Shown in pieces: positions 37,528 through 48,185 of a stretch of DNA of 64,000 nucleotides (the stretch's first letter is position 1; each line of letters begins with the position of its first letter). A program made the position numbers and the translations under genes. The stretch is taken from assembly GCF_001194135.2 (NCBI RefSeq), contig NC_068992.1, positions 17,877,205-17,941,204 of the forward strand, in the 5' to 3' direction. Source of the DNA: Octopus bimaculoides. Lineage: Eukaryota. The notes beneath the pieces were generated by a model. It searched no databases. It was not told where the DNA came from and saw only the letters and a program-made list of their open reading frames with translations.

Positions 37528-39756
37528 GTATATAGTGGTGTGTTTGAAGTGATGTACAGGTATTGTATATTAAGAGAAAGGAGGCAGTCAGAATTTTGGA
37601 TAATTCTTTATTTTCAACGCTTTTATGTATTCAGACATATAATAAGCACATACACNNNNNNNNNNTACACACACACGCGCACACACATACACACACACAC
37701 GAACACACACACACACGCACACACACACACACACATTCGGTTAACAAGTGACGGAAGATGGAAGATACGAGAATTTTTAGTAATCACTACAGTTGTTTCA
37801 ACCAATCTAGCATCGATCCTTAACGGGTAAGATACTTAACGACTGTTTCAGGAGCATCCGACGGTGCAGATATGTTCTTTCGGGTGATAAATAGATACGA
37901 CTCGTTAAAATAACAATTCCACCAAAGGCGGTGCCACAGCATGGCCGCAGTTTAATGATTGAAATAAGTAAAACATAAAAGATTAAAAAATATAGTGAGT
38001 AGCTTATTATAGCATAATATAAACAAATATCCAGAGAATAAGCCAACAAGGATGGTTAATGGGTGAAGGCGGAAAGTAGAATCAGAGAAAATTGAGGCTT
38101 ATATACGTGGCAGAGGTACAAAAGTACCAAGGCTGAAGATAAGACACTGTTCCTTTGTGTGTGGTTGTGAATAATATGATTTTAGACAAGAATGCATTTG
38201 ATACTATATCTTATAGACATATATAACACATTGCATGTTAACTTTGAAAAAAAAACATTTCTTAAAATTACAAGTAAAGTTTATTGAAATAAAATTTTCC
38301 TCTCAAATTTGTGTGAATAATTTGATAAGCATTTTTACAAATTTATGCTCTCTAATCCTAGATGTAACAATTTTCTCTTTTAATGCCCACAGCTCTATCA
38401 GAGCATATACGTGTAATATATGTATATCTGTATCAATTTCATTGTGTCTAATACGCTATATCTATGTCTGCCTAGTTTTTTTTTGGTAAAAAACAAAAAA
38501 AAAACGAAGGTTAATAGACAGGCATAAACACTCACACATATAAATACACACATGCATGCACAAACACATAAATACATACCATACATCTATATGCACATAC
38601 GTACACACAGCCAAACTCATACACATATACACATATGCACAGACATACACACACACGCACACACACATATATCGTTCGAGTTGGAATTGTTTCCATGAAA
38701 TATATCCTAAAGGCAATTCATATTTTTTGAAGTTATATATGTTTTAACCCAATCCTTGCATAATCGAGTTTTTGTGTTTATCCAGATTTTCTTCTTTATG
38801 TTACATTGAATCTAGTCCAAGCCTGCGTTTGCGTATTGGCCTCAGGCACTTTGTAATTTAATTTTTTTAAAAATTTTTACAAAACTCACCTCTGTTGTTC
38901 ATAAATATTGAAAATGGGAAAAATGTTACCAGAATCTTCTGGTTGATACTTAAAGTACATTTTCTCCTCTGAAGAAATACAGCAGCTTTTATTGTTACTG
39001 TTTCCGATGTATAGTCCAGAGGGGAGCCCTCACAGAGCGCAATTACACCTATGAATAAAAACGTTCCAGGCGTACCCTTCCCGTCATATTTCGTCAGCTA
39101 GTATATCATAGATTACATTATACAATGTGTCCTTCGTTTCTTTTTACTGCGAGAAGGTGTGGTTTTTAGCAGGTCGAGCGGATATGGGAGATATCGTTTC
39201 ATTTAGAAGTGAGGTTTTAGAATTCTTCGATGCAATTCAATACAGACTTTGATGCAGAGGTTTTTGAGATTCTCTTTGCTTGAGATATTCGGCTTTTATT
39301 TGTTGCTATTTTATTATTCCACGCGTGCTTTTATCTCGTAGAAGTATAATCAAAGGGGTTCAAATAATGCCCTCCCCACTTGTATATATATGAAGGGCAA
39401 CCTTATTGAAAGTGTACCTCATATATCTAAAACTGTAGGGAGTGACATTTAGTTGCTATTTCTAGTAGGTCGAGTGACTACATGATCCCCGCCTCATTAA
39501 CTGTTGACGTTTTAGGAGGTAATAGCTGCAGAGTGTTTCAATCCACACTCTCAGTAGTAGGCCAATTTATGTGTCTTTATGTGGTCGGGCGCCTTGCTTG
39601 AAATAGCACTCACATCTCCTGCAAGCATAAACCTTACCAGTTTACATAGGAGTTTTGAATGAGATACTATAGCTTACGGTACATTAGGCCGGTTACAAGT
39701 AATAGGTGATGCAAATGAATACATCGGTTATTAATTCATCGAGTATTTCAGATAAA

Positions 39757-39852
39757 CTATAGTAGAAGACACTTGCCCAAGGTGCCACACGGTGAGACTG
39801 AACCCGGAACCATGTGGTTGGGAAACAAGCTTCTTACCACACAACCACTCCT
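39757..39852 (-). mobile_element. SINE family C head
   Basis: tagtagaagacacttgcccaaggtgccac...gaacccggaaccatgtggttgggaaacaagcttcttaccacacaacca. Confidence 0.85.
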
Positions 39853-41111
39853 ATGCATATATATGTATATATCTTTATATATATATATATNNNNNNNNNN
39901 NNNNNNNNNNNNNNNNNNNNNNNNNNNNNNNNNNNNNNNNNNNNNNNNNNNNNNNNNNNNNNNNNNNNNNNNNNNNNNNNNNNNNNNNNNNNNNNNNNNN
40001 NNNNNNNNNNNNNNNNNNNNNNNNNNNNNNNNNNNNNNNNNNNNNNNNNNNNNNNNNNNNNNNNNNNNNNNNNNNNNNNNNNNNNNNNNNNNNNNNNNNN
40101 NNNNNNNNNNNNNNNNNNNNNNNNNNNNNNNNNNNNNNNNNNNNNNNNNNNNNNNNNNNNNNNNNNNNNNNNNNNNNNNNNNNNNNNNNNNNNNNNNNNN
40201 NNNNNNNNNNNNNNNNNNNNNNNNNNNNNNNNNNNNNNNNNNNNNNNNNNNNNNNNNNNNNNNNNNNNNNNNNNNNNNNNNNNNNNNNNNNNNNNNNNNN
40301 NNNNNNNNNNNNNNNNNNNNNNNNNNNNNNNNNNNNNNNNNNNNNNNNNNNNNNNATTATATGAACATTTTGTGTCCTTTTCTTATTCCGTGATTCCAAA
40401 TTCAAGCATTATTCTATTTATTTAGCGAAGTTTGGAATGTAATCTCGGACATGTTTAGGTCTAATTAAACATCAACAGCGAAGTATAAAATTCACCCTAT
40501 AAAGGAATTAGTACGAACAAATTGAAAGAACATTTTCTTCTTAATGTGCTACCATTTAATATAAGGCAGTTAATTTCTTTAAAAAAAACCCCTCTAAAAC
40601 ACAGTAATTTTTGAAGTTCAGGGATTATAGAAGTTATCAAGAAGCATAACGTAAAGAGCAAATTTGATTATTCGTGATGAATTTAATGTTATCTGTTCAT
40701 ACATATAAATTGAATTACGATGCATTTCTTATATGGATTCCACGTTGTCAGCGATAAAAATAAGCCACTTCTTGCAAGATATTTATATCTGTAGTTTGTA
40801 TTCGACTATGACTTGGTAACATATACTCTGCTTCCGCTAAATATTTCAGGTCCTTTGGTACTCCAAAGCGGTCATAGACTTCACGGCCATCCCAACCCTT
40901 AGCCCCACGGGAAATCGAGCATGTGACAGCTGGAGGGAGAATCTGGGTGTACAAGCTGCAGGTTGGTGCCCAATGAAGCGCACAGCTCGAGGACACAACG
41001 TGCCGTCTGGTCCGAGGATAGAACTCGTGACCTTTCCGCTGTGATCTAAAGATATTAAATATTAAGTCATGTGCCTTGCATGACTTAATACACACACACA
41101 CACACACACAT

Positions 41112-41478
41112 ATTCTTTCACTTGTTTCAGTTATTTGACTACGGCCATGATGGAGCTCCACCTTGAATTCTTTAGTCAAACAAATCGACCTCAGCACTTT
41201 TCTTTTTAAGCCTAGTACTTATTCTATCAGCCTCTTTTGCTGAACCGTTAGCTTACGGGGACGTAAACATACCAACACCGATTATCAAGCGGTAATGGTG
41301 AGCCAAGCACAGATACAAAGACACACACACACACTCACACACACGCATATATATTCGACGAGTTTCTTTCAATTTCTGTCTACCAAATCCACTCACAAGG
41401 CTTTGGTTGGCTCGAGGATATGGTAGAACCCGGAACCATGTGGTTGGGAAGCAAGCTCCTTGCCACACAGCTACGCCT
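41112..41478 (-). mobile_element. SINE family C with an internal deletion
   Basis: cacttgtttcagttatttgactacggccatg...aaatccactcacaaggctttgg...gtagaacccggaaccatgtggttgggaagcaag. Confidence 0.85.
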
Positions 41479-41498
41479 GTGCCTGTAAAAGTATGTTA

Positions 41499-41530
41499 TG
41501 GAGATGCCGGGGATCGAACCCGGGGCTTTC

Positions 41531-41533
<3 letters not shown>
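41499..41533 (-). pseudogene. tRNA-Ala 3' half (T-arm plus acceptor strand), 5' half missing
   Basis: Minus strand gtggaaagCCCCGGGTTCGATCCCCGGCATCTCCA followed by taacatacTTTT; matches the canonical metazoan tRNA-Ala 3' end. Confidence 0.7.
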
Positions 41534-41574
<41 letters not shown>

Positions 41575-41582
<8 letters not shown>

Positions 41583-41925
41583 CAGAATGGGACAAAACAT
41601 CCAGATAAAGGATACAAAAAAAACACGGACAGGTCATTCGGAGTTTTCTTTCCTCAGTCGAGATCCAGATTATCCTTGCAATTTCGGCTTGTTATTCTCG
41701 ATATTGCTCCAATCTGGCTAGTCCCAAGAAAAAACTAAGCTAAGAGCATTAGAATCCTTGGAAGAAAGCAGCGAATGTATACAAAAACAAGGAGGGCAAA
41801 AAAAATCGAGCAATGTTACACAAATACAATAAAAATAATAACAGGACATAACAACAGATGTCTTTCGACTAAGGACGAATTAAATTAAGCTGGCGTGTGT
41901 GGAAATAAAGCCTTATAAACACACA
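41575..41925. mobile_element. Unclassified interspersed repeat next to (TA)n, possibly a Penelope pLTR
   Basis: Abuts a TA run and carries a very decayed CTGAGGA...CGAA motif on the minus strand (about 41625-41660). Confidence 0.3.
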
Positions 41926-42264
41926 CACGCACACATGCGCATATATATGACCGGTGCGGCCGGTTGAGTTGTATTTACTCCAGTCAGGTTTCATAGAACA
42001 ACTCTATGATCAAATGCGTGCCAGTTTTTATTATTCCGCCTGTTATTTTGATGATCCAGTGATGTTCCAGTGATACATAATCTAATGTATTCTCTCTTTT
42101 TGAGACGTTTGTGATTTGAGGAAGATCATGCATTACCCTCTTGTAACAGAACAAGTGCAATGCATGAGGTTACTTTCTCAGGAATATTAGCTGCTTAAAA
42201 GAAGTGAAACGACGAAAGTTATGCACAGAATAAATGTCACTTCCATCTATCTATCTCTCTTTCC

Positions 42265-42326
<62 letters not shown>

Positions 42327-44090
42327 AACTGTCTGTTTATCTGCTTTACATTATTTACTATATAAACTTCTAAACGACTTGAGTAATTTTTCTCTCTATA
42401 TGATATTCTTTGTTTTTTTTACGATTTAACTAAAAATTGAAAGGGAATTACTGCCATCTAAGAAAGAAGTAAATAATTTGTAAAACTGATTATTTCTTAA
42501 GAGAATTAGATGTCTAATCGAAATGAAATGACTTTAAGTGCGAATCGAAACCGTACCGCTAATTCTAATCTCTTGCATATGTTGTAGACATAAATTGCAG
42601 ATTATAAGCCTATGATTTTCAAAGGCAGTTGTAACTTTATAATAATGTCGATTAAGAAACGCCATTGTTTAGTGGCAGATTTTATAAAAGAGAGATATTG
42701 TATGGAATAACTAAGTCGCCATCATCCCTGATAGAATTTTTCGATTTCCCTGCAAATTGCCTATAATAAAGATGTGTCAATATGTGCTTGACCCCAGCTG
42801 AATATTGTCCACGTGTCTCATTTCTCATTTCAAAGAAACTTTTGTTAAGGAGAGAGAATAATCAATTACGTATTAGCAGTATAGAATTGGAGAAAGTGTG
42901 TTTATGTTAATATTTTTTTTTCTGTCTTTTTTCATCTTACCAATATGATGCTAATTTATATCAATTCAATTGTAAAATGTTACAAATTTTTTGATACAGT
43001 TAGACAAGGAAGTTTTCTTTCTTTTTAAATCATAATTAAATGAATAAAATAGAATGATATAAAATAAAATAATAGAAAAACAACTTAGTTAAGGTTTTTA
43101 GATTTCATTATATAATTGTTCGTTTCTGAAGTCTATTTTCTCTAATTTCGGATAGCCGTGAGATCAAGTACATGAAATCGTATTTTTCTTTTGAAAAGAA
43201 TTCTTAGTCTTCGTCTGTGTCACCAAATGTCGTCAGTAATCAAAGTTGAGCACATCAAACACTTTCGTAAAGCCAATCACATTTATTTAATGAAATACGA
43301 ATTGTATTTACGTCTCTTCCTGCAGCACTTCAATTCTGTTATGTCGAATTTCTTTTATTCCTGCGAGCCAGGGCTTCTAAAGTAAAGTTTTTGTTACTCT
43401 CATCATTCATAATAAGCTTTGATGCCCACTCTCATATATTATTGTATTTAAATTTATATATAAATTTAGTGATTCTTTTGGCACTAATCAGGCAATTTCA
43501 GACAAGGCTGTGGTTGACTGGGAAGCGTAATAAGACCAAAAGAGGCCCGGAGTTATCGCCCATACATGAAAAAATATATTAGTCGTTGAGCTTATTGTTT
43601 TCTTCTCACTTCAGAAGTACTATCAATTAAATTAATTCTTTTCTTTTTCTGAGTATGACGACCATAACTTCACTATTATTTCACTGTTGATGGCGTCTTA
43701 GATAAATTTACTTCTGGTATAAATGCTAACCGACGTAATGTATTGTACATCGGTATTCTAATTAGAAGTACTTATACATACTAATTAAATACAGTTTGAC
43801 AATCTAGGGAGACAATTTCGAGCATATGTTAATCATATTAGACTTCGTTTACATACTTGTCGAAATATCGATCAGTAAATAGCGGTTAAATATTCCACAC
43901 GAATATGCGATTAAAAGAGATGACGAGGTAATGGTAGGATATAGAGTTGAAATATTCCCCTATAAATGTTATCGACGTATGGGAATCCAAATGGCTTGAA
44001 GTGTGTTAGCTGCATTTTATAACGTAGGGGTTTTGTAATTAATGATTTGCTTCCTGTTACCAGCATTTATGTTGCAGCTTGTATATGTAC

Positions 44091-44427
44091 ATCATATTAT
44101 CATCAATCGTCAAGATCCCTGGAGTAATGCAGCTAGGCGTTGGGATGTCCCACTAGATGCTTTCGTAGTCAACCGTCGCCATTAGTCTCTTTTCTCCGTC
44201 AGCAATAGCAGGGTCGCTGTGTTGTGACTTTTCCAGTCCTTGATGTTGTCAAACCAGGAGTTTCTCTGCCTGTTTCACTTTCGCCATCCCTCAACTGTGC
44301 TCTGCAGAATGGTTATGGTCAAGGTGCTGTAGCGGGATGTATGACCATATCAGGCAAGCTTTCTTAATTTTACCTGCTCAAATAGTGGTTCCCATCTGGC
44401 AGCGTAATTGTTGGCTTGCTGCCTGAC
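44091..44427 (-). mobile_element. RTE-clade LINE ORF2 C-terminus and (GAT)-like tail
   Basis: One minus frame: VRQQANNYAARWEPLFEQVKLRKLA*YGHTSRYSTLTITILQSTVEGWRK*NRQRNSWFDNIKDWKSHNTATLLLLTEKRD*WRRL...PQR-like end; matches the RKL-WFGH..R...TILQG-VEG-R-RGR....W-DNIKEW motif. Confidence 0.85.
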
Positions 44428-44564
44428 AAAGCTCATCTTTACCTTTCATTCTATAGGGGTCGATTAAGTAACAATTGAGCAGTCGGATCGATGTAAGCAA
44501 CTTAACTATTTCTCCGAAATTGCTGGCCTTGTGTCAAAAGTTATAATCAATTAAAGAGAAGTGA

Positions 44565-44773
44565 AGCGGTGAGCTGGAGGAGTCTTTAGCAGAAGATGCT
44601 TAGTGACATTTCGTCCGTTTCACGTTCTGAGTTCAAATTTCATCGAAGTCAACTTTGCCTTTCATTCTTTCGGAATCGATGAAATAAGTACCAGTTGTAC
44701 ACTGGTCTCAATGCAATCCACTGACCCTCTTTCCCGAAGATACTTGCCTTCTGCCAAAATTCGAAGCCAATAT
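44565..44773 (+). mobile_element. SINE family B (a second B fragment lies at 44433-44550)
   Basis: gcggtgagctgg...gatgcttag...acgttctgagttcaaatt...gtcaactttgcctttcattctttcggaatcgat...aagtaccagttg. Confidence 0.8.
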
Positions 44774-45602
44774 TTTAAAGAGAATATAACCAATCAAAGT
44801 AACTACGAATCCTATGCGGCACAGTTATTCGTAATCTGTCCTGGCAACCTCAATTCGATAACATAGCAAAACTGCGTACCAAAATGCTTCCTTCTTTAAT
44901 AACAGAACCCAGCTGAAGCGAAACCCACAATAAAATACAAAGTGTTTAAAGTGTTACCTTGGGGGAAGCGTGGTTATATTAGTATTTACATTTCTTATAT
45001 TTTCTAATTTTCGAATAATTCTTTCACTTTGAGACAGCTTTGCTGTTACGCGTAAAAGTGTACGAGAGGTTGTTAACCAAAAGAAAACCACCTAACAAAT
45101 TACTGAGTACTTCTGTACCAAACTCGATTCCGAACTGTAGCTAAAACAATCTGTGTTTTCATTTTGCCCCTTTCAGAGCTACACTAGCGTCCTCCATTCT
45201 TGAGGAGAATATATCTGCAAATCTCCAACACTAAATCCCACTCGCTACACTCACCTCTTCGTCTCATCACTCAGACTGCGTCACTCCGAACACTTTCAAT
45301 TAGCATTACACCAAACGTTCCATCTCGGGTATAGAATCACTGAAATTCCCTGTTTGCTCTCGGGTTTTTCTACAGTAGCAGACTAGCAGATGTCCGATAG
45401 AAATAACATCTGCTTTAATCTCAAAATTTCCGTGAGGTCTACAATCGACACGTGCTCTGAATAATACTGTAAATAAAAAGAAACGAGAAAATGTTCGAAC
45501 AAGTACTGTGAATTTGATAAGTCTTTTCTTGATATCATGCAATGGGTATTTGCCATGGAGAAGTCCTGTCTGTGTTTTAATGGTTGTCTCACAATGATGT
45601 GT

Positions 45603-46001
45603 GGAGGCACAATGGCCCAGTGGTTAGGGCAGCGGACTCGCAGTCATAGGATCGCGGTTTCGATTCCCAGACCGGGCGTTGTGAGTGTTTATTGAGCGAA
45701 AACACCTAAAGCTCCACGACGCTCCGGCAGGGGATGGTGGCGAACCCTGCTGTACTCTTTCACCACAACTTTCTCTCACTCTTACTTCCTGTTTCTGTTG
45801 AGCCTGTAATTCAAAGGGTCAGCCTTGTCACACTGTGTCATGCTGAATATCCCCGAGAACTACGTTAAGGGTACACGTGTCTGTGGAGTGCTCAGCCACT
45901 TGCACGTTAATTTCACGAGCAGGCTGTTCCGTTGATCTGATCAACTGGAACCCTCGACGTCGTAAGCGACGGAGTGCCAACAACAACAACAACAACAACA
46001 T
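45603..46001 (+). mobile_element. SINE family A, full length with (CAA)n tail
   Basis: Near-consensus copy; probable TSD aatgatgt at 45593-45600 and 46002-46009. Confidence 0.92.
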
Positions 46002-47070
46002 AATGATGTAAAATATCTAATATGAATATTGGTACTCACCTATGCTTGTTCCAGAATTTTAGAAGATGTGGGTACTTGCTCATACTTGTCCATGCACGTT
46101 TCGGAATCTTCAAGATCATGGGTCCTCGCCCATGCTTGTTACGGAGTTTTGCTTGGACGTGGTTACTCGCCCTTATTTGTGCCAGTCATAGTTACTTGCG
46201 TTTAAAATATCTCCCATAATTAAGAGACATCCTGCACTTCATTAAAATGGAGTTTTCAATGTTAATTCGTATAACTCCAATCACATTCGTTGAAATAATC
46301 AGAAAAGCAGACTTAGTTCATAAGAGCAGAGTTCATTGAATGAAAGAAGAAGAAAAAAACATATCTGAACAACTGTAAAATCTTTTAAAGTGTAAAGCAG
46401 AATGAAATCTAATGATGTCTGCTGATGCTCCTACTATTAATTACTGTGTGTTAGTGTCTGGCTTTTCACATAATTACATCAGAGAAGAATGACATCGTGT
46501 GGTCGTAACTTTGGATTCTCAAGCAGCTGTCATTGCACACAAACTTACACACGTACGTACATGCACACACATGCATTTATGCTATGTGTGTGTATATATG
46601 TATATATACATACATATATATTCATATACATATATATTTGAACACACACACATACACACATATATACATACACATACATATAAGCATGTGTGTATATGGT
46701 ATATGTATATATGCATCCACACATATATACATGCATATATACATACGGATTGACCAACTCATTAAAGCGTTGGATAGAAAATCTTGTGGTCTCTGTTCCA
46801 TGGAACTGAATTTGTTAGTTCGAATCCTATCAACATTACGTAGCGGTTACGAAAGCATACAGCTAGTAAAACTCGACTTCAATAGATTTCCACAAGTCAA
46901 GGACGTTGCGTTACATTCCAAGAGCACATTATTACTAATAACTGATAAAGACAAATTGACAGTGGCTCAATAGTATAGCGTAGAGGAATACTGGTCACAT
47001 GTGTCTCATGACAAAAGAAACGACCTAAACTGTATTTGAAGTATTTCAACATAAAATGGTATCCTATGAC

Positions 47071-47365
47071 AACAGACCAACGAGGAGGGTCCCAGCTGAT
47101 ACGATCGTGAAATTAATGTGCAAGTGGTTGAGCATTCTGCAGACACGTGTACCCATAACGCAGTTTTCAGGGAGATTCAGCGTAGCACAGAGTGTGACAA
47201 CGCTGGCCCTTTCAAGTACTGATACTACTCATTTTTGCCAGCTGAGTGGACTGGAGCAACGTGAAAATAAAGTGCCTTGCTCAATGACACAATGCGTCGC
47301 CGGGAATTGAACTAACGACCTTATGATCGTGAGCCAAATGCCCTAACCATTAAGCCACGCGCCTT
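47071..47365 (-). mobile_element. Hybrid SINE: family E-type head and central domain with a family A 3' body
   Basis: Minus strand: ggcgcgtggcttaatggttagggc...gttcaattcccgg...ttgagcaaggcact...cagtccactcagctggcaaaaatgag, then aaagggccagcgttgtcacactc...cacttgcacattaatttcacga. Confidence 0.75.
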
Positions 47366-47634
47366 CACAACTTAATGTTCATACACATTGCATTTCGCAC
47401 AAACAATTCTCTCGAACCTCAAACCGGGATAGATATATGTATTGGTTATATATGAACACGTGACTTATAATTATGCCAAATACTTCTGATTTTACGACAC
47501 CTTTAGCTGATTTGTTGGCTTTCTACACTCTGCTTCATTTATTTCCTTTATTCCTGCGAGCCAGGGCTTCTAAAGTAGAGTTTTTGTTACTCTCATCATG
47601 AATAATAAGCTTTGATGCCCACTCTCATATATTA

Positions 47635-47842
47635 GATCTTCAACATGGGAAAGGAAGAGTGCATCTGTTGTTCTTTATAGATACAAGATCTTCAACATGG
47701 GAAATTAAGGGAGCGTTTGTTGTTCTTTATAGATACAAGATCTCCTACATAGGAAATAAAGAGCGTGTCCGCTGTTCTTTATAGATGCAAGATCTCCTAC
47801 ATGGGAAATAAAGGTTGCGTCTGCTGTTCTTTATAGATGCTA
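47635..47842 (+). repeat. 52-bp minisatellite x4
   Basis: Units start with gatct at 47635, 47687, 47739 and 47791; shared core tgttctttatagat. Confidence 0.92.
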
Positions 47843-47844
47843 CG

Positions 47845-48185
47845 TCATCTGCATGGTGTGGGAAATATTCCCTCACCATTGCTCAAATGATATAGGCGTC
47901 ACCGTTAAGATACAGCCAAGTCTTGGGCTCCTTGATATCCGCCCGCAACATACACCACACACGCATCTCATAACGACAATACGGCAGAATTATCTCCCCT
48001 CAATTGGCCCCGTTCTAGTTAATGTTACACCAAAACACATCAAAGCAGAAACAAACCCCCATGCAATTCAAGAAGCCTTTGGACAAATTCCTTCAAGAAA
48101 TTCGAGACAAACTTACTACACTCAGACATGTCTCAATAAACAGTAACTCTCTACTTCAGTGGCCCCTGATTTGAATGACTTCGCC
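47845..48185 (+). mobile_element. CR1/L2-type LINE ORF2 C-terminal remnant
   Basis: VWEIF..SNDIG...RQNYLPSIGPVLVNVTPKHIK(fs)QFKKPLDKFLQEIRD...SNSLLQW*, matching the GP-LFN-LP--IR...FK--LD-FL--IPD...NSL--W pattern. Confidence 0.7.

Noticed and set aside
45306-45466. Minus-strand open frame after a strong acceptor (tttttatttacag): VLFRARVDCRPHGNFEIK...
   Set aside because: No recognisable homology and no convincing donor; such acceptors are common in AT-rich DNA.
46031-46180. Repeat-spacer-like pattern suggestive of CRISPR
   Set aside because: The inter-core sequences are related to each other, the cores are degenerate, the context is eukaryotic and there are no cas genes.
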